Part shown: in pieces, positions 1 to 11,092 of the stretch | Layout: each line of letters opens with the position of its first letter | How positions within the stretch are numbered: position 1 is the first letter of the stretch | Assembly (NCBI RefSeq): GCF_009914755.1 | Contig: NC_060926.1 | DNA from: the human T2T-CHM13v2.0 reference genome, Homo sapiens | Direction: 5' to 3' (one strand) | Length of the DNA: 64,000 nucleotides | Translations under genes and position numbers: made by a program | Notes under the pieces: generated by a model | The model's input: only the letters and a program-made list of their open reading frames with translations | Database searches by the model: none | What the model was told of the DNA's origin: nothing

Positions 1-1276
1 TGTGTTTCATAAGCCTTTTGTAGTTGAATTTGGATGGTAAATATGAGATAAAGGAAGAAAAGTATTTTATTCCAACAACCACTACAGCCAGTTCCACATC
101 CATGGAGTTGGGTAACACTTCACCGTTTATAAGCATATCCACATTTATTATCTAAGTTAATTCTCAGACCTTGAAAGGCAGTTATATTTATTTGCCAGAT
201 ATAGAAATTGGAGCCGGTAAAGATTGCTACTAAGTAGCAACTTTGGAAGTCACATGCAGGTTTTGTAACCTGGTTTCCAGGGGTTCAGAAATGAGAAAGA
301 CTTCTTCCTTTCCCCTTCAGGTATTATTTTAGTATTTGTTAATGGAGTAAAGAAATGGGTGGGGCACAGGGAATGTTAAAGTGGTGAACATTTAGCCTTT
401 AACTGGAAAGCAGCATAATCTTAAAATAAATGTTATTTTGTTTTTAAATAATACACACATTTCCTTCAACAAAATGGAATCTTATAGGTAGCTCATACAT
501 CTCTTGAATAGGGGCCTCTGGTGCCTACAGATATAAATAAATCACACTGAGAGAATGGTGAACCATGAAATGACTCTGTTAACATGTCATCTGTCTAGAG
601 TATATTTTCAACTCTCCAACAGAAGTGTCTCAATTATGAAGGGAGGTGGCCTACCAAAGTTGATACTTTGATATTTGATGCTTTTAACCTCCTCCATCAG
701 CTGCCTTTGCCTAAGTGTGGAATCTGGCCCAGTGCCTAGAGTACAACGTGGCCTAATGGCTGAGAGTCATTGTAACTGGTGATTTTAACATGCAATGAAC
801 TCTGAAGCTCCTCAAACTGTGCTATCTTGTGAAGGCATGTATCAGTGCTACTTGTCTGGTCTTATTAAGGAATTCTGAAAATTGCTAATTGTTATAATAA
901 GAATTTTAACCACAAACAAGCCAAATTTACTGAATTCTTCCTTTATGCCCAGCACTGACTGATACTATAGTGGGCTTCGGAAATGTTCCCAAAATGACTT
1001 TTGTTTTTAAGTTACTCTGAATGTAGTCTCAGAATTTGAGGTGGGGACTAGTAGGTTTTAGTGGCCTATTTGTATTCAGGTTTCAGTATATAATAATGTG
1101 AAAATAGCTCTTTGTATCTAGTAAACTTGCAGATGCCAGCTGACTGGTGAGGGACTGTTATATTTCTACATTTCATCTTACTGCTTCTAACCCAGTGATG
1201 TCCCTCTTTCTAAATAGTGACAGAAGGGAAACTTTTTTTTTTTTTTTTTAACTTGGCCCATGGAAATGGGCTATTC

Positions 1277-1463
1277 CAATGGTTCTCAAAGCTTGGTCTC
1301 TGAACCGATAGCATCGGCATCACTTGGGAACATGTTAGAAATGCAAATTCACAGGCCCTAGCCTAGACTGACTGAATCAGAAACTGGGAGTCGGGACCAG
1401 TGATCTGTGTTTTAACAAGCCCTGTGGGTGCTTCTGAGGCTCACTCAAACTTGAGAATCCTGG
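1277..1463. mobile_element. MER5A-like hAT-Charlie MITE
   Basis: Begins 'caatggttctcaaag', contains 'gttagaaatgcaaatt...actgaatcagaaact...tgttttaacaagccct' and ends 'ttgagaatcctg'. Resembles the MER5A consensus with degenerate terminal inverted repeats. Confidence 0.85.
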
Positions 1464-1750
1464 GATGGCTCCTTTCCAACCCTTCTGCTACTGCCTTGGT
1501 GTAACCCTCATCAGTCTGGACCACTGGAGCAGTCCCCAGCTGGTCTCCCTACTTCCAGAGTTAACCTGTCCAATCCATTCCCCACATCAGTTGGCCTTTG
1601 ATTTTTGTCTCATCACCAGTGGAATACTCAACACTCTAAAGGGAGCCCAAGTTTTCCTCCTTCAGTTTACTCACCCACAAGGAGTAGACCAAGGCAATGA
1701 ATGCAGTAGACCACAGTAGTGACAGGGCAGGTAGAGGTGGGAGTGGTAAC

Positions 1751-2118
1751 TACCATGGTTTGAGAGTGTCTCCCAAAAACCATGTGTTGAGAACTTAATC
1801 CCCCGTGTCAACAGTGTTGGGAGGTGGGGCATAATGAGAGGTGACTGGACCATGAGGGTGGAGTGACTGTATTAATGCTATTATTGTAAGAGTGAGTTCT
1901 TCATAAAAGGACAAGTTTGGCCCTCTTCTGTTTTTCTTTTGCCCTTTCTTTGCCCCTTTGCCATGGGACGATGTAGCAAGATCCTTAAGCCTTCAGTTTT
2001 GTACATCTCAATCTTGTACATCTCATAATACTATTCTGGTATAATGAACAGAAAATGTATTAGCTTGTGGATACCAATGTCTGGATTCTGTTACAGCAGC
2101 ACAAAACAGACTAAGATA
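1751..2118 (+). mobile_element. MST-family (MaLR) solo LTR, internally rearranged
   Basis: 5' 'taccatggtttg...catgtgttgagaacttaatcccc', 3' 'gcagcacaaaacagactaagata'. 5-bp TSD GTAAC at 1746-1750 and 2119-2123. Confidence 0.85.
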
Positions 2119-3084
2119 GTAACCATTATGGGAAGGAGTATTGGGTCAATTGCTCTTTCTCCTTTTTCTTTTAGATGGGTTGGGGTGGGGTAGTGTATAT
2201 GTGTTTCCCTTAGGATCAACTGTATTTGCCATTTGAGACTTAAGATCAAGAGGGCCAAGACTCAAAAGTGGATCTCCAGGAAGAATCCAAAGAGACTACT
2301 CAGCCCGGAGCCAAGGCCAAAAGGATGCTCTGAGCAATCTATAGTCTGGCCCATCTCACCCAGTGACCATGTGGGGGTTTGAGGTCCAAGCCTCAACTGA
2401 TAATTAAAAGTGATTTAGCCTGGAGCAACCCACCTGCATTTCTGTCTTGGGAACTGGAGGCGAAACTAGGGATCTCAGAATGCTGAGACCCTGGGTCCTT
2501 GCTGTATATTATCCCAATAAGTCTAGAATCCTCCTCTTGCCTCACACCCCTGGATGGCCCACAGCTGCCCAAAGGATGAAGTTCAAATCTCTTGTTACAG
2601 CCTAGAAGGTCTTTCAAACTCTAGTTCCTGCTTATTTTCTCTTGAGTCTGCCTAAAGAATCCTGCTCTCCAGCCATATCAAATTAAGTCTCTGAAGAAGA
2701 CATAGTCTTTCATTGTTCTTTATGTTTAACACATACTGTATCATCTGCCTGGGATGCTCATTTCTTCCTTCCTCTCACGTACTTCATCTTCCATATTCCC
2801 CTTGGACCTGCCACTATCTACATGGTGACCATCCTTCAAAACTCAGCTCATATGTCACTTCCTCGGTGAAACCTTCCTCAAACCCGTCAAGCAGGATTGG
2901 ACTCATGTGTAATTATCACATAAAGTTGGTCTAATACATATTTTTTTGTGACAATTGCTTTATTCCTGGAATAAGACATTTTCAGGCTCAAAAGGACCGC
3001 AATTCCCTAGCCCCTGGCTATTAATGAGAGGCCTGGAGACCCCACTTTAAATGGCAGTGGGGGGGCACCTGGGGAAGCCATAGA

Positions 3085-3590
3085 TGTGGAGCTGGGCCAA
3101 TCAGATTTCCTTTCTTGGAAATTTTAACTGAGACATAGAGAGTCATTTAATCGGTGATGTGTGTATGAGCTGAAAAGTTGGAAAGAGTTTGGGCTGGTCT
3201 GGCCATATTAGACATATATCAGATGCATAGGCAAAGCAAACTACGAGAGAGAGAGAGAGAGAGATCAAGACTGAGAGAGAGACCAAGATGGCTTTAGACA
3301 GAGGGAGGGAGAGAGAATGAGAGAGAGAGAGAGACACTGAGAGAGAGAAAGACAGAGACCAAGCTGACGTTAGACGTAGGTGAGACAATAATATCCAGGG
3401 ATTAATCCAAATTTCCAGCCTTTTTTCTTTTCTGTTCCTAGCTTTTTTACTTGAGGCCTGTCTGAATGTAATTTTGGGTTCTCAGATTCATTGGAATGCT
3501 TTATCCCTTTGCATCCTTAAATAAAACTCCTTTAACTCAAGCTTTTTGAAGCAGGTTTCTTTTCAGTGCAACCGGGAAAGCTTTGATTAG
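3085..3590 (+). mobile_element. Old ERVL-type LTR (LTR16-like) containing a GA-rich tract
   Basis: 'gggccaatcagatttcc...ggaaattttaactgaga' and an AATAAA followed by 'aagc...ggtttct...tgcaacc' typical of ERVL LTR 3' ends. Subfamily uncertain. Confidence 0.5.
3245..3358 (+). repeat. Degenerate (GA)n microsatellite
   Basis: Interrupted gagagaga runs seen directly. Confidence 0.9.
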
Positions 3591-3749
3591 CACAAGGATT
3601 CTACTCACTGTGTTCTCAGTTCCACATAGCAAAGTGGCTACTTTTAGTAGGCTCGGTAAATATTGGATGAGTGAACTAACAGTAGGCACTAAAGATGCTG
3701 CAGGGCACCCAGAAAATTATTCTGTAGGGTCAAAACCTGAAAGGCATAG

Positions 3750-3966
3750 GGTTGTGTGAGGAAGAGAGGGAACTGACTACAGAGGCATGAAGCTACTATT
3801 TGGAGTGATGGAAATGTTCTATATCTTGATGCTAGTGATAATTACATGACTCTATGTGCTTATCAAAATGCACAGAACTCTACATCGAAAAAGGTGACTT
3901 TTACTGTATGTAAATTTTAACTTAATAAACTTAACCTAATAAAGAATCAATAAAAAAGAAAAAAAC
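3750..3966 (+). mobile_element. L1M (L1MD/ME-like) 3' end fragment
   Basis: 'ggagtgatggaaatgttctatatcttgat...ttactgtatgtaaatt...aataaa' followed by an A-rich tail. Confidence 0.8.
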
Positions 3967-6900
3967 ACAAAGTAAAATAATATTTTCTCTACAACACATT
4001 AATTTCCTAATCAAAAATCTTTAACTTTTTTTGCATCATTTTACCCAATTCTTTTTCTTTTTTCCTGGGACCATAGGATCCAGATAATAGAAATGTTGAT
4101 TATGGGACATGATATTGCTTTTTGACTTGCTTGACATTATTCAAAAATGTTGCCAAAATAGAAAGTACTATTTCTCTACTTTCCAGTTCTGAGTACTGAT
4201 AAAAGCAAAATATTATGTTCAGAAAGAAATAAGCCCGTATTTCTGAGCTCCAGCTTCTGCTAGGTCCCCATTTAATGTTGTTGCCTAACTACTAACTATT
4301 TGATTTGAAAGCTTTAAACAATATTGATTATACTCTCCTGAGCAGGCATCTCTCAGACTTAAACATTGCTTCATAGGATATTTAAACACGCCAATTGAAA
4401 ACAATAATAACAATGACAATTTATGAAGGTTGCATTCCCAAATGTATTTGAGAAATTCTAGTTTAAGAAAAGTGAACATGTTTCTTTATTTCAAGACTTC
4501 CCGATGTCTTAGAATAGTCAGACATCAAATTTCATCCACAGTTTCCAGAGTTGCTATTTCTTTCCCATACCTTTGCTTTGGAACTTGATCTAATGGAATT
4601 GTTACTGTTACTATGACATTTTTCATGTGTACTATGTCCTAAAAACACTGTGGTTGCATTCATTTTATTTTATTTTTGAGAGATGAATCTAGGGCCTCTT
4701 GAACTTTTTATTCGTAGTTATGCTGAGTACTAGCTTACTTTAAAAATAAGTCTCCAGTACTTGTGAGGAAGACTCATTGTCAGAGCATGAAAGATTTTTC
4801 TGCCTTTTGTTTTGACTTCTAAGATACGTTTCTTTATTAAGGAATAGTTTTATGCTTTGCAGAAGATGCATTGTACCATAAAAACCAGTAAAATCTGTGC
4901 ATTAAAAAAAATACCTGGATTTAAACCAGTTACTTGGCATTCTGTGAAGGTAAAGGAATACATTTTTACCTTAAATGATAGTGTTTATATTTTGTTCACA
5001 CAGAAAAAAACAAAATAAAAACAAGCAACTCTTAGTGATTCTGCATATAGTTATAGTGGTTGTGGACCTTTAAATATTCTCCATCAGTTATGTTTTTTAA
5101 AAGCAGAATTTTGTAAACTTTACTAAATTCAAGCTGCTCTCCTGTCTGCGATGGCTGAGGACATTGGAAGAATACTTCTGTACTTTTCCATGACAGCCAG
5201 TGTCACCTCCTGGAAGCAATCATTCGTAGATTACTTATAAATTTTACTCCTAGAATAGCAATGGTCACTTTAGACAAATGAAATCATGCAAAGAGCTGGT
5301 ATCAATTTCCCACCTATACCCACTTTCACCCAAGTCAGGAGGGGGCAATGTGGAACTTGGTGTGGGTCCAAGTCCTAAGTGAATTATTCCTAGTATAGCC
5401 CGTTGAAATGGCAAATAAATGGCCACTTAGAGAATGTTTGAGTGAAACAAATTGGTCGTCTGTTATTTTTAGGCTACTTATTCATAAAATCCAAGCTATA
5501 TTATCTCTGGCCTCATGATGCTCTAAATAATTTTCTGTTGTAGAACCCATATGCTTATGGTTATCCAAGAGCTTCTAAAATCTACTTTGGTAAGATGAGG
5601 AAATATTTTATATAGTATACAAACCCTGTATTTTATATAGCATACAAACCCTGTAGCCTAACCGTCCTGCCATCTTAATTGTACAGTTTGCTGCTATAAT
5701 TATTAATAGATTGTAAATTAGGAACATCTGGCCAATTATTAGAAACACAAAAATAAATCATGAAATTGATATGAGAGCCTAAAGTGATGACCATCAAAAA
5801 GGCAGGCAGGAATATTTTGTATTTGGTCCTTCACAGGTAAATAATTTAATGCCTGCCTAATATAATCAGTTACCTTTCTTGTAAATTTAATTCTTTGATC
5901 TCCATTTCCTTTTGTAGCAGCAATTTCCAACATAAATTTCAGCAGCAGAAAAAGAATCAGGACCCTATAATATAAAGCAACTGTTTTTTTGCTTTATAAT
6001 GTATTTATGTGGATCATCATTCTCATTTCTGGTTTCTATATAGTCTAAAAGGCAAGGATAGTTCCCCTCCCCAAGATATGGGCCATTTTATGGATTATAT
6101 AATAAATGGGCTCTAAAGGTAAATTGTTATTATTCAAAACCAGCTGGTCAGGCAGGCAAGGCAGCTTAGATACAGTGAATTCTGTTTTGCTCTAGTGGAA
6201 AATGTCATGCTGACAAGGTCAGTGCTGGGAACTGGTGTCATCCAGAAGCAGGCATGCAGCACCTGGGGAAGGCTGAGAAGGAGGCCCCTGCTCTGTTTGC
6301 TGTTGGTCAAATGAGTGCCAGAAATGCAGGGCTTCAGCAGCACCTAGAAGTCCAGGTTTAGCAGTAGGTTTGGGGGCTCACATAATCTGTACTAGTGATT
6401 GTTATTGTTAATCACATAATTACTAGTGTGTTGTTAGAGCATATTGTGCTTTAAATAGGATTTCCCAAGAAACTAAAACGTCATGGTGTTTTTCACTGAC
6501 CACAGCTGTCTTGTGGCAATCTCTTGAGCAGTCAACATCTATGGCTGGCGCAATAAGTCATTAAATCAAAATACATCAATTACTGGTTTTCAAAGAGAGT
6601 CTTGATTTCTGCATAATGTGACTTACATAAGGGTAACTGTATTGTTGCTGAGTGTGATTGCACAAAGAACTCACTGGGCACTGCTTTAACAAATGAAAGC
6701 AGGTCAGAGGGAAATGTATCCTTTATAAATGGCTTCATCTATTCATTCAATTTAGGAAACCATTTCTTTTAGGCTGGTAATTTAAGGATAGCACTGCTGA
6801 GGACTAGGAATTTGTTTTTACCTGTACTATTTCATCTGATTATAAAAGTAATATATGCCGACCAAAAAAAAAAATTACACAAATAAATGTCTTACAGAGA

Positions 6901-8619
6901 ATGCAATCTGTTGAAATCCTACCCCTCAGTACCACTGTCACCAGTTTGCTGCACATCTTTCAGATATTTTCCATGTAAAATACATACATATGCATTTCTG
7001 CAATTCGCTTTTCCCCTGTAGCATTTAAGGGGATATGTATTTTAGAAGGACATTTTCTGATATATCTGAATATTCCTGATAGAAATTAACTTTTCTATAT
7101 ATCAGCTTTTAAAAATTATGTGTGTGCCTGGAATAGGTTAAGATAGAGACATTTTCAATGCCTGTTTATTGCTGTAATATTCAAAATCCCTGAGAGACTG
7201 TGGATAGTTTATTAGACAGAATTAGAAAGAATAACTGCAGTACTAAGCTTTTTGCTACAGAGTGGGCTTCCAGTGCACAAAGCATTATGATTATTTGGAG
7301 ACAATCTGTAGCCTTGGAAACAATATGGCGATAGTGACATCAGTAGCAATTATGTGTAATTTTTATCCCCAGTTTATCACCAAGGTAACCAGAGCAGGTC
7401 TCCCTGCTTGAAATTTTAAGAATGTCGTAGTCTTATATACAGCAAGGATGTAGGAAAGGATTATATTCAGAATTCTTTCTACAGTTCATTCTATTTCCCT
7501 TATAAAAGAGCTCTTTAGAATTCTAATAGCACACATCTATTTTTGGCAACAGCCGCAAGTTTTTGAAGCTATTAAATATAATTCCAAATATTGTAGATAC
7601 TAAAAAGAGTTCATTCTAGTGCATAAATTTTTTCTTTTTACTGATACAGAATATTTGTGCATATATTGATGTTCATGTGATGTTTTATGCGTAGAATGTC
7701 TAGTGATCAAGTCAAGGTATTTAGGATATCTGCCCTCATGTGCCTTATAATTTTATGTGTTGAGAACATTCGAGTCCTCATTTCTAGCTATTTTGAAATG
7801 TACAATAAATTGTCACTAAATTTAGTAACCCTACTCCACTACCAAACATCAGAACTTATCCCTTTTACCTAACTGTATGTTTCTACCCATTAACCAACCT
7901 CTCTTCCTTATCCCCCTAACCCCCGCCACATATACCCACATTCTTCCCAGCCTCTGATAACTATTCTTCTACTCTCTACCTTCATGAATTCAATTTTTTT
8001 AGTTCCCACATTGGAATGAGTACATGTGATATTTGTCTTTCAGTTTCTAGGTTATTTTATTTAATGTAATGACCTTCAGTTACATCCTTGCTACTGCAAG
8101 TGACAGGATTTTATTCTTTTTTTATGGCAGAATAATATTCCATTGTGTAATTCCATTGGGTAAATATATCACATATTCTTTATTCATTCATCTGTTGACA
8201 GACATTTAGGTTGATTTTTTATCTTTGCTATTGTGAATAGAAACATGGGGGTGCATGTATCCCTTTTATATATTGATTCCCTTTCCTTTGGGTAAATACT
8301 CAGCAGTGGGATTGCTGGATTGTACAGTAGTTCTATTTTTAGGTTTTCTGAGAAATCTCTTTACTATTTTCCCTAATGGCTGTTCTAATTTACATTCCCA
8401 TCAATAGTGTATGAAAGTTCCCTTTTATCTGCGTCCTTGCCAGCACATTTGTTATTTTTTGTCTTTTTGATAATAGCTATTCTAATTGGGGTAAGAAGTG
8501 ATCTCATTGTGCTTTTGATTTGCATTTCCCTGATAATTAGTGATGCTGAGCATTTTTTCATATTACCCCTTGGTATGTCTTTTTTTGAGAAATGTCTGTC
8601 TTTATCCTTTGTCCACTTA

Positions 8620-10437
8620 AAAAAAAAACTTTTAGGTTCAGGGGTACATGTGAAGGTTTGTTACATAGGTAAACTTGTGTCATGGGGGTTTGTTGTACAG
8701 ATTTATCTCATCACCCAGGTATTAAGCCCAGTACCCAATAGTTATCTTTTCTGCTTCTCTCCCTCCTCCCACCCTCCACCCTCAAGTAGGCCTCAGTGTC
8801 TGTTGTTTTATTCTTTGTGTTCATAAGTTCTTATCATTTAGTTCCCACTTTATAAGCGAGAACATGCAGTATTTGGTTTCCTGTTCCTGTGTTAGTTTGC
8901 TAGAATAATGGCCTCCAGCTCCATCCATGTTCCTGCAAAAGACATGATCTCATTACTTTTTATGGCTGTATAGTATTCTGTGGTGTATATATACCATGTT
9001 TTCTTTATCCAGTCTACCATTGATGGACAGTTAGGTTGATTCCATGTCTTTGCTATTGTGAATAGAGCTGCAGTAAACATTTGTGTGCATATGTCTTTAT
9101 GGTAGAATGATTTATATTCCTTTGGGTATATATCCAGTAATGGATTGTTGGGTTGAATGGTAGTTCTGCTTTTAGCTATTTAAGGAATAACCATACTGCT
9201 TTCCACAATCATTGAAATAATTTACACTCCCACCAACAGTGTATAAGTGTTTTGTTTTCTCCACAACCTTGCCAGCATCTGTTATTTGACTTTTTAATAA
9301 TAGACATTCTGACTGGTGAGAGATGGTATCACATTGTGATTTTGATTTGCATTTCTTTAATGATCAGTGATGTTGAGCTTTTTTTCATATGATTATTGGC
9401 TGCACATATGTCTTATTTTGAAAAGTGTCTGTTTATGTCCTTTGTCCACTTTTTAGTGGGGTTGTTTGTTTTTCTCTTATAAATTTGTTTAAATTTGTTA
9501 TAGATGCTACATATTGACCTTGGTTAAATGTGTAGTTTGCAAATATTTTCTCCCATTCTCTAGGTTGTATGCTTACTCTGCTGATAGTTTCTTTTGCCGT
9601 GCGGAAGCTCTTAAGTTTAATTAGATCCCACTTGTCAATTTTTGCTTTTGTGGCAATTTTGCCATGAAATTTTTGCCATGAAATTTTGTCATGAAATTTT
9701 TGCTTGTTTCTGTGTCCAGGATGGTATTGCCTAGGTTGTCTTCTGGGGTTTTTATAGTTGGGTTTTACATTTAAGTCTGTAATCTATCTTGAATTGAATT
9801 TTGTATATGGTGTAAGGAAGGGGTCCAGCTTCAGTCTGCATTTGGCTAATCAGTTATCCCAGCACCATTTATTGAATAGGGAATCTTTTCCCCATTGCTT
9901 GGTTTTGTCGGCTTTGTCAAAGATCAGATGGTCATAGGTGTGCGGCCTTATTTCTGGGCTCTCCATTCTGTTCCATTGGTCTGTGTACCTGTTTTTGTAT
10001 CAGTACTATGCTGTTTTGGTTACTGTAGCCCTGTAGTATAGTTTAAAGTTTAGTAATATGATGCCTCCAGTTTTGTTCTTTTTGCTTAGGAGTGCCTTGG
10101 CTATTTGGGCTCTTTTTTAGTACCATATGAATTTTTAAATACTTTTTCCTAGTTCCGTGAAGAATGTCATTTGTAATTTGATAGGAATAGCATTGATTAT
10201 ATAAATTGCTTTGAGCAGTATGGCCATTTTAATCATATTGATTCTTTCTATCCATGAGCATGGGATGTTTTTCCATTTATTTGTGTCTTCTCTGATTTCT
10301 TTGAGCAGTGTTTTGTAATTCTCACTGTAGAGATCTTTCACTTCCCTGGTTAACTGTATTCCCAGGTATTTTATTCTTTTTGTGGCAATTGTGAATGGGA
10401 TTGTTTTTCTCATTTGGCTCTCAGGTTAGCTGTTGTC
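8620..10437 (-). mobile_element. Older L1PA/L1PB-type L1, 3' (non-inverted) segment
   Basis: 3' end 'ttttaggttcaggggtacatgtg...ggtttgttacataggtaaac'. ORF2 peptides MFTAALFTIAKTWNQP (8892-9080) and [16 protein letters not shown] (10135-10413). Confidence 0.9.
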
Positions 10438-11092
10438 AGAATTCTCCTCCCAAAAACAATATATATTCTTCTCATTGTCTAATGGCATGTACTCTAATAT
10501 TGACCACATAATTGGACATAAAACAATCCTCAGCAAATGCAAAAGAACCAAAATCACACCAAACACACTCTTGGACCACAGTGCAATAAAAATAGGATTC
10601 AAGACTAAGCAAATTGCTCAAAATCATGTTTATATTCCTGAATGACTTTTGGGTAAATAATGAAATTAAGGGAGAAATCAAGTTTTTTGAAACTACTGAG
10701 AACAAAGATGCAACACACCAGAGTCTCTGGGACACAGCTAAGGCAGTTAAGGGAGAAATTAATAGCACTAAATGCCCACGTCAAAAAGTTAAAAAGACCT
10801 CATATTAACAACCTAATGTCACAACTGAAATAATTAGAGAAGCAAGAACAAGTCAACCCCAAAGCTAGCAGAAGCTGAACTGAAGGAAATTGAGACACAC
10901 AAAAAAAGCATTCAAAAGATCAATGAATCCAGGAGTTGGTTTTTTAAAAAAATTAATAAGATAGGCCACTAGCTAGACTAATAAGAAAAGAGAGAAGATC
11001 CAAATAAACACAATTAGAAATGATGACGGGAATGTTACCACTGACCCCACAGAAATAAAAATAACCATCAGAAACTACTACAAATACCTCTA
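10438..11092 (+). mobile_element. Inverted 5' segment of the same L1 (ORF2 endonuclease C-terminus and linker)
   Basis: Plus-strand ORF2 peptides YSNIDHIIGHK...LLDHSAIK and [11 protein letters not shown]...LWDTAKAV. Orientation switches abruptly at about 10437. Confidence 0.9.

Noticed and set aside
301-326. Polypyrimidine-AG|GT resembling a recursive splice site
   Set aside because: The regenerated donor GTATTA is weak and there is no other support.
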